A DNA stretch of 64,000 nucleotides from a virus (lineage: Duplodnaviria > Caudoviricetes): positions 32,001-96,000 of IMG/VR virus record IMGVR_UViG_3300028886_000055; one strand, 5' to 3'. The notes below the pieces were generated by a model. That model was not told the DNA's origin, did not search any database, and was given only the letters and a program-made list of their open reading frames with translations. Both the position numbers and the translations under genes were made by a program. Below, piece after piece: positions 51,665-62,078 of this stretch (position 1 is the stretch's first letter; each line of letters starts with the position of its first letter).

Positions 51665-51876
51665 ATCTTAATCAAATCTTTAGTTGAAAATACAGCTTCC
51701 TAAAGAAATCCATCTTTAGTAAACCATCTACATCTCATACCTTTAAACTATTCAGATTTATCCGACATTCTAAAGGCCATAGTTTCTTTACCTATTATTA
51801 ACATTGTAGGTTTATTAGGAAGTTCTTGGCGAACTGTTACTAGCTCACCAGGAACAAAATATACTTTATCTTCCAT
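51661..51876 (-). CDS. YodC/DUF2158-like small protein (71 aa)
   Basis: FVPGELVTV...PTM...RCRWFTKDGFL[Q]EAVFSTKDL. Confidence 0.6.
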
Positions 51877-51877
51877 A

Positions 51878-52441
51878 TTACTTTTCTTCTTTATTAATTT
51901 TTTCGAAACGCTCTTTTACACCAGCGTTAATTACTACATGAATTTGATGTTCAGAAACAACATACAATCCTTGTCCAAAGAATGGAACAGGAACTTGACA
52001 AGCTTCACGATAATAAACAACATCACCAGGTCTTACATATTTAACCATCGGTCCAACTTCAATAACATCCGCTTGAGTTGATAAGTTATACTCCTTATCG
52101 TCTTCTCCAGTATCTGGGTTTTTAAACGAACCATCATATACTGGAATAATAATACCATTTTCTTCTCGCATGGCTTCAAATGGATTTTCTGCATAAGGTC
52201 TTACAAGAATGTAACTATTTGCAGGAATAATTTCCATATCTTTTGCCTTTTCGGCAACTTCTTTACCTTTTGCAAGCTTTCTATCAATTTCAGCTTTTAC
52301 AGCTTCAGTTTTCTTATTTACTTCCTTATTAAAACTTTCTATTGCTTGTTTTTTAGTAGCTTCGTCAAGTGTTTGTGCATTTGCAAAACTTACTGCTGTG
52401 TCTCCTCCAAAAAAATTCATTTTACCATTTTCCATAATCAT
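51878..52441 (-). CDS. GroES-like co-chaperonin with an N-terminal extension
   Basis: IIPANSYILVRP...GIIIP...ADVIEVGP.VKYVRPGDVVYY...VVSEHQI. Confidence 0.75.
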   Translation of the reverse strand: MIMENGKMNFFGGDTAVSFANAQTLDEATKKQAIESFNKEVNKKTEAVKAEIDRKLAKGKEVAEKAKDMEIIPANSYILVRPYAENPFEAMREENGIIIPVYDGSFKNPDTGEDDKEYNLSTQADVIEVGPMVKYVRPGDVVYYREACQVPVPFFGQGLYVVSEHQIHVVINAGVKERFEKINKEEK

Positions 52442-52464
52442 TTACATTTTTTTAATTGTTAATA

Positions 52465-52683
52465 TTACCACTTTTCTAAGTAACAGGTTTCGGATTTAAC
52501 TGATATTTTACTTTTAATTATACATCCACATATATCACAATATTCTCCAAAACCTTTTGCTTTTTTTATATATTCACATTTTTTACAAATACTATATCTT
52601 CGTTTATAGTAACTAGGTCTTATTCTAAATACATTTCTAAAAGTTCCTAATAATATATTAGGTAGATTCTTTATTATTTTCAT
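52465..52683 (-). CDS. Cys-rich putative Zn-binding protein (paralog B)
   Basis: RYSICKKC...CDICGC..KSK......CYLEKW. Confidence 0.7.
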   Translation of the reverse strand: MKIIKNLPNILLGTFRNVFRIRPSYYKRRYSICKKCEYIKKAKGFGEYCDICGCIIKSKISVKSETCYLEKW

Positions 52684-53290
52684 TATATGCAAATTCTCCA
52701 TAATATTCTTTTTCTGCTTTTAACCTGACTTTAACCGCTTCTTCATAAGTATCAAATCTACCTAAACTCTTAGTTTTATTGTTTATTGTGACTTGAGCTG
52801 CCCATTTACCTCGTTCTTTACAATAATAAACTCCTTTACATCCAGATTTATTATTTTTAGGTGTGTGACAATTACAAATGTTTTCTGCATTACAACAAGT
52901 TCTTAAATTAGATTTTCTATTATCTAATCCATTATGATTTATATGATCTACAAATATATTCTTATCGGTAATGTCTAAAATAAACCGGTGCAATCTTCCA
53001 AACTTACTATTAATACAATAAAACGTACTTCTTTGTTTTTCAGATTTATGCCATTTTATGTCTTTAATTTTATCTATATCTTCTAAATCAATTAATGCTC
53101 TCCCACATTCTTTTTGATTTTTATCATATAAAATAATTTCTGCATAATCTTCATATTTAATTATTTCATTTGGATCTGCATTAGTTCTTTCTAGAATTCT
53201 ACCATGCTTTCTGAGTTGAGTATAATGTTTAGAACAATAACCTTTTGCTAACACTTTATTATTGCATCCTTCTACTTTACACATAATCAT
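52658..53290 (-). CDS. HNH homing endonuclease with a C-terminal AP2 domain
   Basis: CKVEGC...GYCSKHY, RLHRFI, VDHINHNGLDNRKSNLR, SGCKGV...WAAQV...LGRFDTYEEA. Confidence 0.9.
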   Translation of the reverse strand: MIMCKVEGCNNKVLAKGYCSKHYTQLRKHGRILERTNADPNEIIKYEDYAEIILYDKNQKECGRALIDLEDIDKIKDIKWHKSEKQRSTFYCINSKFGRLHRFILDITDKNIFVDHINHNGLDNRKSNLRTCCNAENICNCHTPKNNKSGCKGVYYCKERGKWAAQVTINNKTKSLGRFDTYEEAVKVRLKAEKEYYGEFAYNENNKEST

Positions 53291-53559
53291 TACCATTTAC
53301 CTACTGGACAATGTGTGTAAGACAATTTAGTCTTACTACTCAATTTACATCCACAACCTGATTTATATCCAGGTTTTTTAGTTTCAGAAACTTCTCCTGT
53401 AATTGTATCTAAATAAAGTCTACTGTTACATACTGGTCCCATAGCAGTTTGTTTATATAGTGGACACTCTCGGCAAATATCCATTCTTTGTTCAAAAATA
53501 TCTTGATTTTTACCGAGAGCTTCTTTTACATGTCCATCAATTATCGCTTTTAATCCCAT
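53290..53559 (-). CDS. Cys-rich putative Zn-binding protein (paralog A)
   Basis: RMDICRECP...GCGCKLSSK......CPVGKW; ATG at 53559 preferred as start. Confidence 0.7.
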   Translation of the reverse strand: MGLKAIIDGHVKEALGKNQDIFEQRMDICRECPLYKQTAMGPVCNSRLYLDTITGEVSETKKPGYKSGCGCKLSSKTKLSYTHCPVGKW

Positions 53560-53615
53560 ATTTTCTATACTTAATTTTAACGTCTGAATTATCTGAATTC
53601 TAGTCCCGCTCTTAC

Positions 53616-54533
53616 TCAAAATTCTATGGGTTTGCGAGCATTTTTTCTTTTTTCTAGAATGATTGATTTTTTATAATCTTTAAGCATCCGTTCTACTTCA
53701 TTTTTAAGATAATTAAGTTCATATTCTTTAGTATTACCTTGATGATCAAAATGTACTATTTTTAATCCTGCAATTTTAAATTCAGGATTAAGTTTTTGAA
53801 CCATCCAAGCATAAGTAGAAAGTTGCATAGTGTAGTGCAATAAGTTACAATCCATTAAATTGTTTAAAGGATATTTCATCATATCAAATTTTTTTAATTG
53901 TGGATTGTAGTATGATTTTTCATCAAGTTTCTTATTTGTTTTCCAATCTATGATCCATATATCGTTACCTTCTTTAACTAATAAATCCACTTGCCCAGCT
54001 ATCTTTAAAATCCCATCGTCAGATTGCCTAAAGATTAAATATTCTGGAAATACGCCATTTTCAATATCTAATAAGCTCGTTCCAGAATCTTCTAAAGTTT
54101 GATTGGTATTTACTTGAAATTTACCTCCTAAACCAAACTTTTTTAAATCAGTTGTTTTTTTACTTGTAAACATGTTTTCTAAATCTGCGTGAATTTTAGT
54201 TCCACGTTCACAAGCTGTTTCGTTTTCTTTTTGCCAACCATCAAGAACTGCTTGTTGTTCTCGATTGAAATCGTTTTCAGTAATACCATACATATCAATA
54301 TAGTATTTAAGCTCTATCTTTTTAGTATCAAGTAGCATCTCCTTTTCTATTTTAAAGTTCTCTTTACTGAGTAATTTTTCTAAAGCTTTATACCCAGACC
54401 AGAATTCTTTATCAAACGGTTGGCAATACTTTCCAATTAATGTTGTTACACTTATGTATTTACCATTATCATCCCAGTATAAATGTTCTTCATCATTATA
54501 CTTCACATTACCATTTTTCTTATCAATTTTCAT
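53616..54533 (-). CDS. PD-(D/E)XK family nuclease (305 aa)
   Basis: YISVTTLI, ERGTKIH, PEY, AGQVDLL, IIDWKT, YTMQLSTY. Confidence 0.85.
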   Translation of the reverse strand: MKIDKKNGNVKYNDEEHLYWDDNGKYISVTTLIGKYCQPFDKEFWSGYKALEKLLSKENFKIEKEMLLDTKKIELKYYIDMYGITENDFNREQQAVLDGWQKENETACERGTKIHADLENMFTSKKTTDLKKFGLGGKFQVNTNQTLEDSGTSLLDIENGVFPEYLIFRQSDDGILKIAGQVDLLVKEGNDIWIIDWKTNKKLDEKSYYNPQLKKFDMMKYPLNNLMDCNLLHYTMQLSTYAWMVQKLNPEFKIAGLKIVHFDHQGNTKEYELNYLKNEVERMLKDYKKSIILEKRKNARKPIEF

Positions 54534-55219
54534 AATTCTTTAATTCCATGAACATAATTGTAATCTAATAAAACTGCTAAAGGCTATATATTTGGAGCTA
54601 TAGCCTTTCTAATATCATCTAATGTTAATTCCGAAAGTTCTTGTTTATAAAGAACAACTAACATACCTACGGATCCATCTACTCCAATAATCGGATAAAA
54701 AACAGCAGATGAGGCGTTACTTCTCTCTATTAAATACGTAAACTTTGGATATTCCTCTCTAAACATCTGTACGTTGTGCATCAATAAACACCTGCGTATT
54801 GTTATTTTTTGAATTTCTTCTCCATAATTCATATAATCTAATTCCTTCCAGTAATCAATACAAGGATTAGATTCCTAAAAACTTTCACATAACCCTGTTA
54901 AATATCTATAAGATAATCCATGAGAACTAGTTAAGGTGTTATGATAATTTAGTAATAGTACGTTTGTAGCTTTTTCATCCTGAGTTAAAATATCTTCAAG
55001 AATATTATGAACCTTAGGAGTTATTTCTATCGTATACTATTCTCGATCTTGTTTAGCTTTAGTCTCACGCTATATTTCTTGTCTAAACATATTCACCATT
55101 CCGTCTTTACTACACTGGAATAGGACAACTCCCATTAAAAATATTATAAGGAGTCGTAAGAAATCTGGAGATAACTTTGCAAGCCATTCCCAAATAATTT
55201 TTAAATTTGATAAATTCAT
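54530..55219 (-). CDS. Single-TM protein with a soluble C-terminal domain, T4 holin-T-like architecture (229 aa)
   Basis: Amphipathic N-terminus, one TM (LLIIFLMGVVLF), LLLNYHN, GAF-like C-terminus (AVFYPIIG...VGMLVVLY). Confidence 0.5.
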
Positions 55220-55324
55220 TGTATCTTATTCTACATATTTAGCTATGTATTGTTTATAATTATTAAGTCGTGCTATTAATTCTATCAAAAGTTATTTATT
55301 GCACATTTATCTATTTGTTTATAC

Positions 55325-55356
55325 ACAAAAATATTAATAATTTTACTAACTAACAA
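55325..55356 (-). promoter_or_regulatory. Bacteroidota-type promoter in the divergent intergenic region
   Basis: Minus strand TTG-N~20-TATTTTTG; a weaker overlapping + strand TTTG...TAATTTTA may drive the + operon. Confidence 0.4.
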
Positions 55357-55404
55357 GTAAATAATGAAGAAGATAAATTTTATAAATCCAAACATATATA
55401 ATCT

Positions 55405-55722
55405 ATGAACTTTTATAGTATAAACACTTTTTAGCATATTCCATATTTTAAAAATGGACATAAGATACATATAAAGAAAAGCAATCGTGGTAAATTTACA
55501 GAATATTGTAATGGTAAAGTTACAGATGAATGTATTTAGAGAGGAAAGAATAGCAAAGATCCAAAAATTAGGAAGAGAGCTACTTTTGCAGCAAATGCAA
55601 GACATTGGTCTAAAAAAGACGGAGGAACGTTTGGTTTAAATATGCATTCTCCAGCTGTTTTCCCTGAAGTTACTTAGATGACCAATCATTGGTATGCAAT
55701 AAAAAAGAAATATGTTAAATGA
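55405..55722 (+). CDS. Small basic cargo-type protein (105 aa)
   Basis: IHIKKSNRGKFTEYC...KIRKRATFAANARHWSKKDGG; three TAGs; missed by the track. Confidence 0.75.
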
Positions 55723-56440
55723 TACTTTTGTAACTTATGAAAATATTGAACAAAAATAGCCTGTAACTGATTTTTCAGAAATAGAATAGTTGAATTCAGA
55801 ATTATTCAATCCTTATTCAGATATGAATTTACAAATTTCTGGAACGTCATTTGCTCCAAAACAAGGATTGTATGACTCACTATTAGGATAGATTTCCCAA
55901 CAAGTTGAAAACTAGCAAACTTCTCAGCAAGTTAGTTCATAGCAGAATATTCCCACTGGAGATAGGCGTAGCTATGTTAAAAATTGGTTAATGAAAAATC
56001 AAGGATTATCTAATGAACAAGCATCTGCACTAACTGGAGTATGGTGGGCAGAATCTCATCTTAATCCTGGAATTCATGAAATCGGTAAAGAAAATAATCC
56101 TTATGCTGGTAAAGGTATTGCACAATGGACAGGCAGATAGAGATAGAAACACGCAGAAGATATATATAGACAAATATATGGTAAATCTAAACCTATAAAA
56201 GAAATGTCTTTAGATGAACAATTAAATGTTGCTATTGCTGAATTTAAAGAACGTGGTACTTGGCAACAGTTCTTAAACGCCAAAGATATTAAAACAGCAA
56301 CTGATGTCGTATGGAGAGGCTACGAAAATGGGTACAACACTTTAGCTTCTCACGAATCAATGAAAAAAACTTATGGTAAAAATTATAACAAATAGTGGGC
56401 TGATAGGTTTAGATTTGCACAGGAAATAAGTAGAATATAA
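55712..56440 (+). CDS. Phage tail-type lysozyme (Phage_lysozyme2-like; 242 aa)
   Basis: GLSNEQASALTGVWWAESHLNPG...GKGIAQWTG...SLDEQL...RGYE...RFRFA. Confidence 0.8.
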
Positions 56441-57060
56441 TGGTAGAATATCAAGTAGTAAGACCTTCATTTGAATTACAAATGCCTGATTTTAACATTG
56501 AACGTTTTTATAATTAGCCTAAATTAGATTATACAGACGCATATAATCCTGACTTTGGAACTAAAATACAAAACGATAATATATATGATAGTTTATTAGG
56601 AGATATTAAAGAATCTGATCCTGTATAGCAAACTGTAAATGTAGATACTTCTAAAAAGTTAACAGATGCAATTCAAAAGCATTTAGGTGAATCTTATAGC
56701 CAAGCAAGAAGAGGACAATTTGGTTTCTCAGATTGTTCTAGTTTTGTTGGTAAAGTATTAAAAGATGCTGGTATAAATACATTTAATGGGTTACCTACTG
56801 CTAAAGCTATGTACGAAAGTGGTAAGTTAGAATCAGTAACAAAAGCACAGCCTGGGGATTTAATATTCTTTAGAGGGACAGATAACAGAGGTTCTAATTA
56901 TATATCTCATATTGGTATAGTAGCAGAGGTTGATCCAAATGGCAATCCAACTAAAATGGCACATGCTTCAGCTAGATAGTACAAAAAAACAGTGATAGTA
57001 AATTATAATCCAAATTACTGGAATAAATATAAACCAGAAATTAAAAGATTAAAAACTTAA
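56440..57060 (+). CDS. NlpC/P60 cell-wall peptidase (206 aa)
   Basis: SDCSSFV, QPGDLIFF, SHIGIV, MAHAS; TAATG-coupled to the lysozyme gene. Confidence 0.88.
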
Positions 57061-57072
57061 TTTATTTAAACT

Positions 57073-57114
57073 AAAAATCCCGAGCCTAGGATAAAACCTA
57101 AGTTCGGGATTTTT
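57073..57114. terminator. Bidirectional intrinsic terminator between convergent genes
   Basis: aaaaatcccgagcctagg-ataaaa-cctaagttcgggattttt. Confidence 0.8.
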
Positions 57115-57191
57115 GTTTTTAATGAACATAATTAAACATCTTCTCCTAAGATAAATTCTCCACTTCCAGCATTGCCAACATTCTGCTCATG

Positions 57192-59740
57192 TCAATCAAT
57201 GTCTGTGTCAACCAATGCCGTCCCATCAAGGTTAACCCACGCAGAGCCATTCCACAATATTTTCTTTCCTAGTGTTTCATCAAAGTACTCCATACCTGCA
57301 TATTTGTTGCAATAAGGTCTGTTATCAGTAGTGCCATGATTCTTTTTTGGGAAATACTTCTTGATAGTGTCAGCATCGTTAACCCAACCATCATAACCGT
57401 ATTTATACCATACAGGAGTGTCACCATCCATCAATATCGCAACATGACCAATCTGTGCAGTGGTTGGCAAAGTTGCTAATACTAACTTTCCTCTAGTTGC
57501 TCCATTTTCACCATATCCACGATAATAATCATAGGCATTGTTACCTGTATATACAAGATATATATTAAGGTCTAAAACATGAATTACCTTATTTTTACTC
57601 AAAAGTGAAGTAATTTTGAATATATCATCATGATATACAACACCATCCACTACATTATTTGATTTCATTAAATATACATTCTCTCCATCTATATTTTCTA
57701 AATATATTCTGGAGCCTGTAGCTGAGCTAGCGTTTGTCGGGTTGGTATATAAAGTATAGCCTGCACTTAGTTTGTCAGGATAGTCATATAAATCAGCGGA
57801 TGTAAAAGTGCCATATGCAGGACTCGTAAATATCAATGGGTAATACTCATCACCAAAATCAAATTTAGTGTTGTTACCTAAATCTGTACGAGAGCCTTGA
57901 ATAGTTGAATTTAGTCTTAATGGTGCTCTTAAAAACGCAAAACTTGGATCTTTATATAGTTTGTCGCCATTAATGTAGCAGTTGCGCCCATCATTAGCAA
58001 TATTTGATTTCGTGCGAGTGTTTCTAATCACCAAATTTTCAGGGAAATCTACCTCCGAATCTAATGATGGATAACTTAATGGATTGTCAGTATAAGCATA
58101 ATCACCATCCACAAAAGTGTTATTCTTGATAATTGTGTAACTTAATTCAGCAATTTGTAGGAAACACCACTTTTTTGAAGTTATATCCGTATCACCAGAT
58201 GCATACAACCCCCAAGCATTATCGGTACTATACCTGCAATGCCATATATGGTTGTTGACAAATGTTAGACTTTGTGGTCTAAAGTTAGATTTACCTCCAA
58301 AAGTGAAACAACAATCAAATATGTTCCCATTAAAAACATTATTGCTAACAATATTTCCACCACTAGAGCCAGCTCTACGAATTATGTATTTCCAAAAGTC
58401 GATAAAGTTTCCTGACACAATTGTACTGCCAATAGCACCAGAGAATAATGATTTATCCTTAGTTATTGCACCACCTGCACTTGTACATACAGCATTTATA
58501 TAGTTATCTCTGACAAATGAATCTACACTGCAATAAATATTGCCTGCATTTGCAGCCTCAGAGTCAAATTCATCTTCCTTGAAAGCGGAAATTAACGAAT
58601 AACCTAGACTGACTATATGACATTTGCTGATTTCAGTACAATCTTTAATAGCTCCTCTAATAAAAATGCCAGCACGATAAACTCTGATATTACTAATCTT
58701 TGTTGCATTAAATGTGACATTTTCAAAAATTGTACCCATGTAATTAGTTGCATCACCTCCAGTCCTTTCACGAACAAATGCTATATCCCTAATATATCCA
58801 TTTACAGTTGCCCCTTGAAAATCAAAGCAAATAGGATAATTTCTGCCATCTTGCTTGTACATAGATATAATAGAATATCGCCCAGTTCCAATAATCTTGA
58901 CAAATGTTGGAGTCCAAACTATGGGACTTTTGACAACCCAGTAACCCTTAGGAATATAAAGAGCCATCTTACTTGCTTCAACAAGTTTCAGTGCAGCAGA
59001 AGCATACAGTGCAAAATCTTGAGCAGCAGCATAACTCTCATTAGTATTCTCAGCAGCAATTGCACCGAACCATCATGGGTCTACATCATCACACCTAAAC
59101 GTGCCACTAAAATCAACATCCAACCCAAAGCGTATATCTCCGCTCAATGTTGTTGCAGCACCAACAAGTGTACCATTTTGAATTGACCCACCCTCAAATT
59201 TCAGTTTCACGCCGCTAGGAACAGTAATACTAGCACCATTAAGGTCATAATCATATTGAACAACATAGATAGTGTTAGTATCTTGCAGCATCGCCTAAGT
59301 CAATACATTCTTATTATTTACTACGTTCTTCTGCAAGTACTTCCTGCCCAGCCCGCTGAAATTAGAAGGATTGTAAACTTTATTAGGTAATTCTTCTTCT
59401 AATATAATAAGGTTACCTCCTTCTAAAAAGCGATTGATTATTGATAGTCTTTAAATTATCAAAAAGCTAGATTCATTTCAGGATTTGTTACATAATCTGT
59501 ATACTGGGTTTCATCTACATTTCCAAGATATTCCCAATTGTTATTTTTCCAAGTATACTGTTCATAAGTACCAGGATTTACTGTACTAGGTACTAAATAT
59601 AAATAGTTCTCCTAACCTTCAGTTGGAAGAGTATCTACTACAACTTTTTGGGATATACTATTTAGTATCTCTTGTATTTCCTCTTTAGTATAAAAACATT
59701 TCGGTCTATTTTTATACTCTTTTAATTCCTCTAAGGTCAT
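57192..59740 (-). pseudogene. Interrupted tail spike (beta-helix receptor-binding protein): two +1 frameshifts and one in-frame TGA
   Basis: MTLEELKEYK...VVDTLPTEG[Q]ENYLYLVP. Extra base in T5 runs at 59461-65 and 59425-29 around LKTINNQSLLEGGNL. In-frame TGA at 59073 in DVDP*WFGA, then continuous with track ORF 57192-58967. Confidence 0.75.
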
Positions 59741-60180
59741 TCAAAGTCAAAAGCTATAGTTACTTTTCTATTATCTATTTCTTCATTTACAGAATCCCAA
59801 ACAAGCTCTAAAGCGTTACTGTACATACTTGGTGCATCCTTTTGCATACTGTTTGCAATGAAGATTCTAATTGTACCGTCTGCAAACACTGTCAACATTC
59901 CGTTACCGCCAGAACTTGCTTTTAATTTTGTTAAATATTCCCAATTATAAGGGAAAAATTTGTTACCATCTTTATCAAAAAATTCTATTTCCAGAGAACG
60001 AGTAGATGTGGCACCAGCAGCAACAACAAAAGTGTTTTTGCCATCATTGATGTCTACTGTTTCTTCATTGTAAATAGTTGTGTTTTTGTAATTCTTGTAA
60101 TGAATTTTATAAGTTGCACAAATAGATTTGAACTCAATCTTTTTTGTTTTAGTATTTATTAAATCGTATTCTAGTTTCAT
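59737..60180 (-). CDS. Hypothetical (possible decoration) protein, MKLEYDLIN N-terminus (147 aa)
   Basis: Intact track ORF; ATGA-coupled on both sides. Confidence 0.7.
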   Translation of the reverse strand: MKLEYDLINTKTKKIEFKSICATYKIHYKNYKNTTIYNEETVDINDGKNTFVVAAGATSTRSLEIEFFDKDGNKFFPYNWEYLTKLKASSGGNGMLTVFADGTIRIFIANSMQKDAPSMYSNALELVWDSVNEEIDNRKVTIAFDFE

Positions 60181-60920
60181 TGATGTATATAATTTGGAAG
60201 TTCTGGTTGTATTATCTAATATTCGTTTTCAGGATTAAACACCAAAGGTAAAAACGGAGAGTTTTTAGAATATCCTAAACTTGTAAGATCTTCTGATTCT
60301 ATATTATTATTTGCATAATAAGGTATAAACCAACAATATTCACCATCTTCTATACTACCATGTATCATTGGAAACATTTTGTTATAGATTAAACATTCTT
60401 TAATATGCTATTTAAAATAGTTAATAAATTCTTCCGATTCGTAACTATCAAAATCAGGCTATTGGTATTCAGTGTGTTCTGGAGTAAATAATATTCGATC
60501 ATGCACAAATAAACGACTATCTCCTGTTTCATTATCTGTTTCTACACCTGCTGTAAACTTTCCTATATACTCATCTCCAAAATCAAGATGTACTGTATAA
60601 GAATGTGCTTCCGAATTTAATTCAATTTTGTTAATAGGTACTATTAGTTGGAAACCAAACCCACCTCCACAAAAAACAAATCCAAACGGATAATCGTTTA
60701 CATTATAAGATTTATTATACTCTGAGAAAACACGTTCTATTGTATCACCACCTGTAGGCTACTCTTTAGCATAAGGATATGCCACAAAACTTCTAACTTT
60801 AGTTGGAGTTGCAACAGGACGACCTACTAAATCTGAAAAGTAACCATCTAATATAGTAGCTGCTTCTTCCTTTTTATTAGAATTAGTAATTATGTTAATT
60901 AAATTATAATCAAGTTTCAT
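60177..60920 (-). CDS. Hypothetical protein, MKLDYNLIN N-terminus (247 aa)
   Basis: Open with TAG=Gln from ATG 60920 to TGA 60177. Confidence 0.65.
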
Positions 60921-61110
60921 TGTGTATTATTTTCTAATTTTTAGATGTCATATCTTCTAAATGCTTTTTCTTAGGAGTTAATAAAATTCCATCTTCCTAG
61001 GCATCAGATTCGACTATACAGTCTATAATCTTTAACATTGTATCAAGTTGGTACCTCGGAAACTCCTGATGGAGATTCTTTAGTGTTGCTATTTTGTCTA
61101 ACATTTTCAT
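60910..61110 (-). CDS. Small hypothetical protein (66 aa)
   Basis: MKMLDKIATLKNLHQEFPRY...; open with TAG=Gln. Confidence 0.45.
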
Positions 61111-61285
61111 TCAATTTATTTGTTAACTCTTTTATCTAAGAATTTAAGTTATCTATCTGCTATAAGGCATTATTATATTGATTTTGTAAATAATCAATTT
61201 TCTCCTACGCCTAATTCAAAGAAAGCTCTAGTTGACTTTCAATATCAGATAGAGCCATCCGCACTTTACGTAATTCTATTATCAT
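61043..61285 (-). CDS. Small coiled-coil protein (80 aa)
   Basis: MIIELRKVRMALSDIESQLE...; heptad pattern with TAG=Gln. Confidence 0.5.
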
Positions 61286-61408
61286 AAGTTCATTTTCGCT
61301 TGAAATCCTTCTTGATATTCTAAAGGATCCTATATCGTAGTACAATAGACTGGCCCAGGTTTAATACTTTCGTAGGTATGTACTACGGATATTGTAGAAA
61401 GCTTTTCA

Positions 61409-61636
61409 TTAATTTGTTTCAATTGCTCCAATATTTCTTGCAGTATATTCATTTTCATCCATCATTGTTATACAAGTATTTAAATCTTCATCTGCTATTT
61501 TTCTTTGTACTAATTCTAAAGTTTCATTAATTCGAGTTTGAAATAACTCTAGAATCATTAACATATCTTCCCAAGTTAAATCAGAAATATCTGATAAAAC
61601 ATCATATTTCATACAAGTTATAAACTGATTTTTCAT
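61409..61636 (-). CDS. Hypothetical protein (75 aa)
   Basis: Track ORF, co-oriented. Confidence 0.55.
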   Translation of the reverse strand: MKNQFITCMKYDVLSDISDLTWEDMLMILELFQTRINETLELVQRKIADEDLNTCITMMDENEYTARNIGAIETN

Positions 61637-61762
61637 CCTCTTACCGATATTTCATTAAGTGTATCAAGCCACGATAGGACTTCTTGTTCATCTTGTAATT
61701 CGTTTTCTTCAACTATATCCCATACTTTATTTGCGAGATATATAACAGTATCCATCAAGATT

Positions 61763-62068
61763 TTAGTCTACTTGTTCATAACCATTCATTTTCAGATTAT
61801 TATAGATTGATGTTATACTCCACCCAGTTTGTCTATTTATATAATGGTGAAGTACAACTTTATCTTCATCATAATTAACCTCAGAAGCTTTTCCATTCAT
61901 TTCTTTACATAACTCTTGTAAAGTTGCATTAGGCATTTCTTTTATTATCTTGAAATCTCCAGAAGTTTTCTTTGCTTTCTTCTGGAGATTCATACAGTAA
62001 TTAAATTTACCATTTAATTCATAAATCCCAGGACAAGCTGGAATATCATTAACATTATCCATAAACAT
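61763..62068 (-). CDS. Hypothetical protein (101 aa)
   Basis: Track ORF directly downstream of the tRNA. Confidence 0.6.
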   Translation of the reverse strand: MFMDNVNDIPACPGIYELNGKFNYCMNLQKKAKKTSGDFKIIKEMPNATLQELCKEMNGKASEVNYDEDKVVLHHYINRQTGWSITSIYNNLKMNGYEQVD

Positions 62069-62078
62069 ATAAAATTAG

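Noticed and set aside
55220-57120. Invertible segment explaining the + strand operon
   Set aside because: No flanking inverted repeats or recombinase were seen; divergent promoter-like motifs and a bidirectional terminator suggest a fixed arrangement.
57192-58967. Diversity-generating retroelement target
   Set aside because: No reverse transcriptase and no adenine-variant TR/VR repeat pair was seen in this window; one could lie elsewhere in the genome.
57132-59075. TGA recoding (Trp) suggested by two in-frame TGAs in the tail spike gene
   Set aside because: Many genes end in TGA with ATGA coupling to the next start, so TGA is a normal stop here.
8357-59186. Most + strand track ORFs (e.g. 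10039, 14792, 27206, 34429, 42833, 58617) and off-frame - strand ORFs (8357, 24027, 30691, 55285, 56101)
   Set aside because: They are shadow ORFs overlapping better-supported code-15 genes or intron RNA, with no recognisable motifs.
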